From the NCBI GenBank assembly GCA_963663225.1, contig OY760142.1, positions 2,688,001-2,752,000 on the forward strand: a stretch of 64,000 bases of DNA, in the 5' to 3' direction. Positions 51,248 to 58,768 of the stretch are shown in pieces; positions within the stretch are counted from its first letter, which is position 1, and each line of letters starts with the position of its first letter. The translations under genes were made by a program, and so were the position numbers. The DNA comes from Nitrospirota bacterium (lineage in GTDB: Bacteria; Nitrospirota; UBA9217). The notes under the pieces are model-generated. The model was not told the DNA's origin and searched no databases. It saw nothing but the letters and a program-made list of their open reading frames with translations.

Positions 51248-51307
51248 AGGTACCCGTTCGAATTTTATTTCAACACAGCTCAAATGTGAGCATCAGCAAA
51301 CAGCGCA

Positions 51308-51763
51308 TTATCGGGATTCAAGAGCGCGCCGCATTGCCGGATCATCCGAAATATAAAAAACCGGTTCCATCTTTTTATGTTCCACAAGTTCCTGCTTGCC
51401 GTCGACATTTATGATATGGAAACTCGGGTGAAGCTGTTTGGTGCTCATGGATGGATGCCAGCGCACGGTGCCGATTTTTATGGCCAATACCGTATTTGCA
51501 GGAGGCGGTCCGATCAAGTAAGTCTTGAAATTATATTTAAACAGGGGTGGAGGGCTGTAATAAAATATTTTTACCGTCACATCTTTGCGCGTGTAGCCCT
51601 CAGGAATGGAAAACCAGTTCGGGAAACTTGAATCAGGCGATAATTCAAAACTGGACTCTTCGTCCATGGGCAGTAAATGGGGTGAACTGTTAAACCAAAC
51701 GATAAATGCAGCCATGGCTGCGACCAGTATTGCAATACTTATTAGTCTTCTTTTAAGGTCCAT
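51308..51763 (-). CDS. Hypothetical protein with an N-terminal membrane anchor
   Basis: Clean ORF with AAGGA RBS; single TM. Confidence 0.7.
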   Translation of the reverse strand: MDLKRRLISIAILVAAMAAFIVWFNSSPHLLPMDEESSFELSPDSSFPNWFSIPEGYTRKDVTVKIFYYSPPPLFKYNFKTYLIGPPPANTVLAIKIGTVRWHPSMSTKQLHPSFHIINVDGKQELVEHKKMEPVFYISDDPAMRRALESR

Positions 51764-51890
51764 GTTTTGTCCTTTACTGGATTATAAAATCCGACAAACT
51801 TTTTTGTCATCTGCATGCAGGCCATGCCCGCGGTGTTTTCGAATCATGGGCTTCCGCTCAATTGTTTCATGGAGTCGGTTGCGCGTTTCA

Positions 51891-52586
51891 TCAGTTGGTG
51901 TTTTTGTTTACGGGCCTGGTCCACTGTGGAAGGATATTCTTATCAACCAGTGCATTTCGCAACGCGGGATATTCCGAAATAAACAATTTCATATCATCAG
52001 TAAACTTGTCCTCGACCAGGATATCAATTGTGCCGGCGGAAAAACCGACTATGCTTTTTTCTTTCAATTCTACGCTCATAACAGCCATATTGATCACTTC
52101 CCGGCCCGCTGTTGCCTCATTCTTTTCCTTCTTTTTTCGCAGAGTAATATCAATATGGCCCAAATAGCTTATTGCGCCGGGCCTGATCTGCATTTTTAAA
52201 TTTAAAGGAGTATACCCGCCGGCTTCCGTGGCGATTTTTACATACACAAGAGCAGCTGAATGGAGATAATATTCACCGGGCTCCAGTTCCAGGCTGAGCA
52301 AATATTCATTGTGATGATTTTCCTGGTATCTGTATGCGCTGTTTGCCTTATGAAAATACGGCCTTACATTGGAACAGGTCTCCGATTGGGGGCATACAAC
52401 AACACCCGCGAGGTCAAATTGACGGTCCGGTGAATATTCATTTGCTGTCTTAATGGTAAGCAGGGCTATAGATTTCTTTTTGACATCGATTTCCGTTTGG
52501 CCTTGTTTGAGAGCCATCGTGTGAGCTGCGCAGCCGGCAAGTATCAACGGTAAAAAAACAGCGAGCAAAGATCTGAGCACGTTCAT
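51891..52586 (-). CDS. Hypothetical lipoprotein
   Basis: LAGC lipobox; GGAGG RBS. Confidence 0.75.
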   Translation of the reverse strand: MNVLRSLLAVFLPLILAGCAAHTMALKQGQTEIDVKKKSIALLTIKTANEYSPDRQFDLAGVVVCPQSETCSNVRPYFHKANSAYRYQENHHNEYLLSLELEPGEYYLHSAALVYVKIATEAGGYTPLNLKMQIRPGAISYLGHIDITLRKKKEKNEATAGREVINMAVMSVELKEKSIVGFSAGTIDILVEDKFTDDMKLFISEYPALRNALVDKNILPQWTRPVNKNTN

Positions 52587-52698
52587 GGAACCCTCCGCTT
52601 TATAAGACGTTGCTGTTTCTTATGATTTACTTTTATCAATAATAAGGCATCAGCGGCGCGGTTTTATGACTCTCCCGTGTCGAATGGTGAAAATTATC

Positions 52699-52728
52699 GT
52701 CGGGTTGCACTACGATTTGCCCGGCTAC
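52699..52728 (-). repeat. GTAG-type REP-like palindrome
   Basis: Minus strand GTAGCCGGG-caaatcgtagtgcaa-CCCGAC. Confidence 0.45.
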
Positions 52729-53134
52729 CAGAGCTGTTAAAGTTATAAAAAAACCTTCACAGAGCGAAGGTATCATGAACGCTGATAAATGTAAATACCA
52801 AAGCCATCGTTTATACTTACTGCTGATAATTTCAATAAGATAAGTTGGTGCTGGATTCTATCCGAACTGCTGGTTCATGTGCAATATTGGAATGATTTTG
52901 CGAGGTGAGAATGGGATGCAGCACGTTTCTAAATGTAATTGTTACGGAAGGTATTTACGTTCCTGCGCCGCTATCACCTCATATCAGTATCGACACCTAT
53001 TTTTCATCCGGGTATTTCTCGATTAATACAACTTTTTTAGATTTCACAGCATCACTACCTTCATCAGGTTGTCCGAAGTATGCCGGAAAGGTTGTCGTGA
53101 CATTTGGTTTGAGGTGAGCGGCGAGGTTCGCAAA

Positions 53135-54004
53135 TTAAAAACTGCGGATGGCCCGAACGTATATTCCAACGCCGTATAACGACTTCACCCAGCTGCCACT
53201 GAAACCTTCCCCCAAATTTTTTACATAGGCGGTGGTGGCAGAGGTTTCAGTCGAAGACCAGGATGGACTATCCGAAAGTAAATATGATCCTATATGGGTA
53301 TACATGAGTTTTGCTTCATCCTGAGAAGGAAGATACCAGTCATCGTACGTGCCATCGCTGTAGTCAAGGCAATGCTGTGCCGCGCTGCTCGTGTGTCCGC
53401 TTTGCGCCACGATGGCGTTCGTGTTCGCAAGACCGGTCCCGATCGCGGAGCCTGTTGTTCCGACTGCCGTGCCGGTTACATTGCTCCATTTGACATTCGC
53501 CGCTTGATTCACTTTCGACGATACGAGTCCGCCGCCATTACCGTTGTTGTAGAAGACGTACCCACCGGCATAGTCGGTCCCGAAGGTTTTCCCGGAATTG
53601 AAGGTTATTTCATTGCTGTACGCCGTACCATTGTAGTTGACGGCATAGGCCCGCACATGATACGTGGTGTCCGTGGTAAGTCCGGTCAATGAAACCGTAA
53701 ATGTTCCTGTTCCCGAACCGCCTGTCACATACGAGTCGGTTAACACCGTGGGGCTGCCGCTGGTATTCCAGCAAAGACCGCGTTCGATAACTGGCGATCC
53801 CCCCTGGTCCGTTATTGCTCCCGCGATTGTTGCGGATGTTCCTGCTATATCAACCGTGTATGTAAGATTTCCGGTAACAGGAGAGGTTGTTATAGTAGCA
53901 AGCCCGACAACAGAAGTGGAAGTGGTACTTCCGCTGTTTTGCCCGCAGCTGAAAAAGACCGTTATGCAGATAAGTGCCGTTAAACAAAATAATGATTTTT
54001 TCAC
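53135..54004 (-). CDS. Lipoprotein with FnIII-like and DUF1566/CLec-like domains
   Basis: FFSC lipobox; YHVRAYAVN-x2-GTAYS, YDDWYLPS, WSSTE and terminal VRAIRSF. Confidence 0.75.
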   Translation of the reverse strand: MKKSLFCLTALICITVFFSCGQNSGSTTSTSVVGLATITTSPVTGNLTYTVDIAGTSATIAGAITDQGGSPVIERGLCWNTSGSPTVLTDSYVTGGSGTGTFTVSLTGLTTDTTYHVRAYAVNYNGTAYSNEITFNSGKTFGTDYAGGYVFYNNGNGGGLVSSKVNQAANVKWSNVTGTAVGTTGSAIGTGLANTNAIVAQSGHTSSAAQHCLDYSDGTYDDWYLPSQDEAKLMYTHIGSYLLSDSPSWSSTETSATTAYVKNLGEGFSGSWVKSLYGVGIYVRAIRSF

Positions 54005-54159
54005 TAAAATTACTCCATTCTTGTTATGGTGTAATTATATTTCTTTATTTCCGCAAAAGACCGGCGCTGTTGATGGATGTTTTCAGTCGTAATAATATAC
54101 GAAAAAACATAAGATAAGTCAATAGTATTATATGGTATTTATTTGATTTTACAACGTAA

Positions 54160-54221
54160 ATTTAACAAAACCGCGCTGACGCACAGGCTTAGGCGCGTCG
54201 CTGTGAATCGGCATGCTGATT
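54160..54221 (-). repeat. Degenerate attC site
   Basis: Shares the ACAGCGACGCGCC core with the intact attCs; R' GTTAAAT; R'' decayed to AATCAGC. Confidence 0.65.
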
Positions 54222-54405
54222 AATTTTATTGTTTGATAAAGCTTGGATGGATTGCGAACTGCGGCTTCGACCTGTCAGGGTAAGTTTCGTTACACTTTTA
54301 TTAAGTTCATTTGTCACACCGAGCTCTAGAATTTCCTTTGCCGTGTGCTGAATGAAAATGATATATTTTTTCGTTTATGACTTCAGAGCGAGCAGCGCTA
54401 TAAGG

Positions 54406-54445
54406 GTAGGCAGGCCGGGTAGTGCGCAACGAAACCCAGCCTGCC
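54406..54445 (+). repeat. GTAG-type REP-like palindrome
   Basis: GTA-GGCAGGCCGGGT-agtgcgcaacgaa-ACCCAGCCTGCC. Confidence 0.55.
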
Positions 54446-54466
54446 GTCACTCATGTGTATTAACGG

Positions 54467-55771
54467 CTATTTATCATGACGGTACACCACGCCGCTCTTC
54501 ATGACGAAATTCACTTTCTCTGTTATGGAAATATCTGTAAAAGGATTTCCGGGCATTGCCACCAAATCGGCAGTCTTCCCGACGCTGATGCTGCCGGTAT
54601 TCAGCTTCAGCATCTCCGCGGCTGTCGACGTTCCTGCTTTCAGCGCGCGCAACGGTGTGATACCGTTGCGGACCATTTCGGAAAATTCTGTCGCGCCGTT
54701 CACGGAAAAATCAAAAGTACCCAGATCAGTGCCTAAAACCAGTTTGACGTCGCTTCTGGCGATATTCCCCGCGTTTTCGAGCAGTCTGGCCGCATATTTG
54801 ACGTCCTTTTCACGGGCCCATTCCGGCATGTTCATGTTGAGATTGCCCCTGGCCGTTTCCCGGGCATTGGCAACTATCGAGATCTGGGTCGGCACCAGAT
54901 AGATGCCTTTCTTCGCCAGCATTTTCAGCGTCGCTACCGACATCAGGCTGCCGTGTTCGACTGACTGCACACCGGCGACCGCCGCACGCCGAACAGCTTC
55001 ATCTCCATACGCATGCACAAACACGGGCTTGCCCAGGTCTTTTGCCGCGGCCACAATAGCATTCATTTCCTCCTGCGAATACGACAAATCCTCAGGTCCG
55101 TCGCTTGGGGACATAAAACCGCCGCTGCCGGCAAATTTGATCCAGTCAGCCCCGTGGCGCACTTCATTATGCACAGCGGTTTTTACCCCGGTTACACCCT
55201 CAACCACTGATACCTGGTCTATGGTGATGCCGTTGCGGAGAAGCCCGCCGAAGTCAAAGTGACCGCCCACCGCGGAAAGCATGTGGCCGCCGTTGATAAT
55301 GCGCGGCCCTTTGATGTCGCCGGCATCAACCGACTTTTTCAGCTCAGTCACTACCCAGGCGTTAATGCTGAAATCGCCCGCGTCGCGCACTGTTGTAAAA
55401 CCGTTCTGCAGAATTTTTTCGCATGCCGTTACGCCGACGAGGGCCAGTGCGGCATCGTTCAGGGACGCCAGATTCGCAATGACCTTGGAACCACCGGTTA
55501 AATGAACATGGCTGTCAATAAATCCCGGCATTACAAAGCGAGTGGACAGATCAATTATTGTTGCGCCTTCCGGCTTGGCGATGTTTTTTCCTATTTCAGT
55601 TATTTTGCCGTTAACAACGGCGACTTCAGCGTACCCCAACGGTTCATTCGTTATACCATCCCAATAATTTCCCATTTTGATAATAGTGGTCTGATTCGGC
55701 GCCGCTGCCGCGAAGCAGGTGACGGATGCCATAAGGAACATCACAAACATTCCAGCAAAAATTCGTTTCAT
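54467..55771 (-). CDS. Secreted metal-dependent amidohydrolase (Xaa-Pro dipeptidase-like)
   Basis: PGFIDSHVH, GFTTVRD, HAYG, EHG and GTD motifs; signal peptide. Confidence 0.9.
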   Translation of the reverse strand: MKRIFAGMFVMFLMASVTCFAAAAPNQTTIIKMGNYWDGITNEPLGYAEVAVVNGKITEIGKNIAKPEGATIIDLSTRFVMPGFIDSHVHLTGGSKVIANLASLNDAALALVGVTACEKILQNGFTTVRDAGDFSINAWVVTELKKSVDAGDIKGPRIINGGHMLSAVGGHFDFGGLLRNGITIDQVSVVEGVTGVKTAVHNEVRHGADWIKFAGSGGFMSPSDGPEDLSYSQEEMNAIVAAAKDLGKPVFVHAYGDEAVRRAAVAGVQSVEHGSLMSVATLKMLAKKGIYLVPTQISIVANARETARGNLNMNMPEWAREKDVKYAARLLENAGNIARSDVKLVLGTDLGTFDFSVNGATEFSEMVRNGITPLRALKAGTSTAAEMLKLNTGSISVGKTADLVAMPGNPFTDISITEKVNFVMKSGVVYRHDK

Positions 55772-55940
55772 TTTCGTCCTTTCTGAACGTTAAATTTTCA
55801 TTCAACCATTTGGGAGAAAACTGTTTAGGAAGTTATGAATATCTCGGATGTATTTTATCATTTAATTGATACATTTCATGATATATTTCACGAGGGTATT
55901 AGTATTATGGAGTATCAGAACAAATTTGTATGAAACGATG

Positions 55941-55999
55941 AGGGAACGCGCGCCTGACGCGCCGCCTTTGGCGCGTCGCTGTCGAGGCGCAGGTTATTT
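55941..55999 (-). repeat. attC site (59 bp) with a non-canonical R'
   Basis: AAATAAC-ctgcg-CCTCGAC...CGTCAGG-cgcgc-GTTCCCT. Confidence 0.85.
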
Positions 56000-56004
56000 G
56001 TTAC

Positions 56005-56565
56005 TTAATCGGATGCCCAGACATAAAGCCACTGACCTTTTTCATAAACATACACGACACCCGTAGATTCGACAAGGCCAGCGACAATGCTCGTATTTAT
56101 TGCCGTCAATCTTTCTCTTTGATTGGCATGTAATTGCTTGTAGTCGTAAGACATTGTGTGCTCGTATGTGCCTGGCTTTGCAGTCTCAACATAACAACCT
56201 TGTATATGTTCATTCCAGATTGGCAGCTCTGCGAGCGACCATTGTTTTTCTCGTGAAAGAGCCGCGATTAGTTTCGGAGTCTTCGTATTCTTGTGCACAA
56301 GAAAGAGCGCAAAATCCTTTTTATTATCCCCGTCAAAGTCCGCGCTCGCGACTGTTAAGCATTGACCTTCCTTGTAATCTGTATTCCATTTAGGATCGTC
56401 GTATAGTTGATCAGTTGCTTTCGCTATGCGGTAGTCGGGGAACTTCTTTCGCAATGCTTCACGAAGGGAGGTGGGGATAAGCTTTTCGCAGGCATCATCA
56501 GCATATACAAAACTGTTGATGCCGACCAATAAGAGGATTGGAATGAGGAATTTAATTGTTCGCAT
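56005..56565 (-). CDS. Integron cassette: secreted hypothetical protein (FG-GAP-like DFDGD motif)
   Basis: Signal peptide; ADFDGDNKKD; flanked by attC sites. Confidence 0.8.
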   Translation of the reverse strand: MRTIKFLIPILLLVGINSFVYADDACEKLIPTSLREALRKKFPDYRIAKATDQLYDDPKWNTDYKEGQCLTVASADFDGDNKKDFALFLVHKNTKTPKLIAALSREKQWSLAELPIWNEHIQGCYVETAKPGTYEHTMSYDYKQLHANQRERLTAINTSIVAGLVESTGVVYVYEKGQWLYVWASD

Positions 56566-56578
56566 ATCGCCTTTTCAG

Positions 56579-56638
56579 AAATAACGCGACGCTGAGGGGC
56601 TCGTTTTTTAGCGACCCTCTCGAGCGTTCTTGTTAGGC
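56579..56638 (-). repeat. attC site (60 bp)
   Basis: GCCTAAC...GCTCGAGAGGG...CCCCTCAGC-gtcgc-GTTATTT. Confidence 0.9.
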
Positions 56639-56642
56639 TGTT

Positions 56643-57029
56643 TTATTTGATTGAACTCAACTTGCGTTTTCGCGACACAATAAGCCAAATGCAAACCATA
56701 ACTACAATAAGATATGGTACGACAATTATATAATGATTCGGCAATGCCCATCCTAGACCGTTCAGACCTGCAAAGGCTCCGCCAATAAAAAGCAATACTA
56801 TCTGAATCCAGATAAGAAGTTTACGAGTTTGAGGAACGATAACAGTTGGGAGCATTAAGATTAAGAGAAAGCCTGAAGATATAAGACCGGAGAAGATGGG
56901 TATTCCTAGCGAATCTGCATCTGGCAAATAAACACCTTTGCTTAAATTGTTTTCAAGTACCAGCGTCATGATTACATTAGTCATTATGATGCTTATGAGG
57001 ATTGCTAGACTTTCTTTAAGTCTGATCAT
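56643..57029 (-). CDS. Integron cassette: 4-TM hypothetical protein
   Basis: GAGG RBS just after the core GTTAGTC; hydrophobic helices. Confidence 0.75.
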   Translation of the reverse strand: MIRLKESLAILISIIMTNVIMTLVLENNLSKGVYLPDADSLGIPIFSGLISSGFLLILMLPTVIVPQTRKLLIWIQIVLLFIGGAFAGLNGLGWALPNHYIIVVPYLIVVMVCIWLIVSRKRKLSSIK

Positions 57030-57042
57030 CTTTACCTCTGAT

Positions 57043-57123
57043 GACTAACGAGGACGATAAGCGGCCCCGCTGCTACTTGAAGGGCTGGAATGCCATCTGG
57101 CTCCGTTTATTGTCTAGTTAGGC
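57043..57123 (-). repeat. attC site (81 bp)
   Basis: GCCTAAC (contains the stop codon)...ATAAACGG...CCGCTTAT...GTTAGTC. Confidence 0.85.
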
Positions 57124-57447
57124 CCCATGTCGCTCATAGATAAGCCTCGAAGACTTCTTAAGCCCCGCCTCAACTGTTGGCGTTTTGCCTGGAATATACG
57201 ACTGGAGGTCGATTGTAAGGCTTATATGTGCTTGTAGTTGAGCACGCCAGTTCTCCATTTCGCAAATTGCCGTTGTGAAGGGGTCTGAATCAGTGGCCTG
57301 CGCATCGTGTTCAACTGCAATGTCCAGGTCACTATCTGGCCTTTCTCTGCCGCTAACGCGACTTCCAAGGAGCCACACGCGCGTGATTATGGGCTGTGAT
57401 TCTGCCCAGCTCTTGATTGTATCGATATCGGAGTCTGGCACGGTCAT
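57118..57447 (-). CDS. Integron cassette: minimal nucleotidyltransferase (MNT/Pol-beta) domain protein
   Basis: LLGSR-x-SG-x4-DSDLDIAV motif. Confidence 0.85.
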   Translation of the reverse strand: MTVPDSDIDTIKSWAESQPIITRVWLLGSRVSGRERPDSDLDIAVEHDAQATDSDPFTTAICEMENWRAQLQAHISLTIDLQSYIPGKTPTVEAGLKKSSRLIYERHGA

Positions 57448-57459
57448 CGTTTATTTACG

Positions 57460-57519
57460 GACTAACACGCCGGTCACGCGCCGCCACCTGGCGCGTCGCT
57501 GTGGACCGGCAGGTTGGTC
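57460..57519 (-). repeat. attC site (60 bp)
   Basis: GACCAAC-ctgcc-GGTCCAC...CGTGACC-ggcgt-GTTAGTC. Confidence 0.92.
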
Positions 57520-57544
57520 CTAGTCTTTGCTTTGGATGTTGAGC

Positions 57545-57925
57545 CTAAGAACCGTTATGTCCTGTCCGCTCAAAAGCTATCATTCTAAAACCACCATAAA
57601 TGAAATATAAGCCTATTAGAGTCATGAATGATTTAACGACAAATTGATCAAGAGGAACAAGAGCTATTCCTATGAACGCGGAACCGACGCCTGACACTAA
57701 AATCAATACGATCATTATCCAATTGGCAATTTTGTTGCCTTTATAAATTAAAGCGACCAGGATACCGTACATAATTAGCACAGACAAGTAGCCAATGATT
57801 ACTTCATCGTATTTTGAAGTGAGAATAGCGTGCACAGTCTTAATACAGACCAGCAATAAGTATGCGACTATTATGACTGTTCTCTTCGCAAGGATAAAAT
57901 CATGCTTTTTGACTTCACTCATCAT
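57545..57925 (-). CDS. Integron cassette: 4-TM hypothetical protein
   Basis: GAGGT RBS after the core site; hydrophobic helices. Confidence 0.75.
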   Translation of the reverse strand: MMSEVKKHDFILAKRTVIIVAYLLLVCIKTVHAILTSKYDEVIIGYLSVLIMYGILVALIYKGNKIANWIMIVLILVSGVGSAFIGIALVPLDQFVVKSFMTLIGLYFIYGGFRMIAFERTGHNGS

Positions 57926-57942
57926 TACCTCGTAAGTTTACG

Positions 57943-58002
57943 GACTAACACGCGGGTGAGACGCGCGTCTTTTTCGCGTCGGTCTCGACCCGCAAGTTAT
58001 TG
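57943..58002 (-). repeat. attC site (60 bp)
   Basis: CAATAAC-ttgcg-GGTCGAGAC...GTCTCACC-cgcgt-GTTAGTC. Confidence 0.92.
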
Positions 58003-58268
58003 ATCATTGTTCTTTGCTTTGTGATTTCTTCTTTTGAATTTATAGACGATCCAATGAATTTATAGACGATCCAACCAGATAAGATGAATGAAACCGCTGA
58101 TAACGCAACGAAGACATAAAACCAAAGCGCGTGAATCTCGATTCGGATTTTATCGGTGTAATATGCAGTCATCCATGCACTATAGGTAGCTGCATATAGA
58201 CAATAAAGGGCGAAGAGAAGGCCCAATACAGCCAGCCAAAGATACCGTTTTCTTTTAGACTCGCGCAT
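57945..58268 (-). CDS. Integron cassette: 2-TM hypothetical protein, C-terminus frameshifted by a 20-bp duplication
   Basis: Two TM helices; ORF reads through the attC; tandem duplication at 58035-58074. Confidence 0.7.
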   Translation of the reverse strand: MRESKRKRYLWLAVLGLLFALYCLYAATYSAWMTAYYTDKIRIEIHALWFYVFVALSAVSFILSGWIVYKFIGSSINSKEEITKQRTMINNLRVETDAKKTRVSPAC

Positions 58269-58281
58269 AGATTAGGTCTAT

Positions 58282-58566
58282 TTACTCTCCGATAAATTCG
58301 TTGTTCTGACTTTTTATGAAATCACTGCTCAGTGGGAAATAAGATCTCCATCCGCCATCGTCGATTGTGCATTTGATTCGAATATTACCGTTCGCCTTGT
58401 CATCCCAAAATGCTTCAATCTCAAGATTGTATAAAACGCCAGACGCTCCTCTCACTTGTAGGATTATCGGCTTTGCCTCAATCATTCTCGTCAACTCGGC
58501 GTATGGCCGGTTTCGATAGGCTTCAAGGTTTTTTGAAGCTATTTCTTTTGCTTCTTGTTTATTCAT
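58282..58566 (-). CDS. Integron cassette (first position): small hypothetical protein
   Basis: ATG 6 nt after the attI core; 94 aa. Confidence 0.75.
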   Translation of the reverse strand: MNKQEAKEIASKNLEAYRNRPYAELTRMIEAKPIILQVRGASGVLYNLEIEAFWDDKANGNIRIKCTIDDGGWRSYFPLSSDFIKSQNNEFIGE

Positions 58567-58572
58567 CTTCGG

Positions 58573-58591
58573 ATATAACCAGATATTAGTT
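58573..58591 (-). mobile_element. attI recombination site
   Basis: AACTAAT-atctg-GTTATAT: L box, 5-bp spacer and core, between the intI remnant and the first cassette. Confidence 0.7.
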
Positions 58592-58600
58592 CTTCGGGAA

Positions 58601-58630
58601 AATATAGCATAGAACTGGAACGGTGGTCAA
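58601..58630 (-). promoter_or_regulatory. Pc-like cassette promoter
   Basis: TTGACC-18 nt-(TGc)TATATT pointing into attI. Confidence 0.6.
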
Positions 58631-58647
58631 TGAATTTAAGAAAGAAC

Positions 58648-58676
58648 TTGACGTAACTGCCGAAAATCATTAAGAT
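58648..58676 (+). promoter_or_regulatory. Putative intI promoter
   Basis: TTGACG-17 nt-TAAGAT. Confidence 0.5.
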
Positions 58677-58768
58677 CATTCAAAAAGACTAATATTCAAA
58701 ATGTCGTCAAGTTATAATAGCACGACTAATATGCAAAAAATGGAATAGTCAATTTGAAGGAGGTTTTG

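Noticed and set aside
53135-54004. DUF1566/CLec-like C-terminus as a diversity-generating retroelement target
   Set aside because: No template repeat or reverse transcriptase found in the window
54050-54095. Plus-strand attC-like CCGCAAAAGACCGGCGCTGTTGATG
   Set aside because: Wrong orientation for the array and no convincing R boxes
55941-58002. Recurrent palindromes as a CRISPR array
   Set aside because: Repeats are non-identical, separated by gene-sized ORFs, with attC box structure; no cas genes
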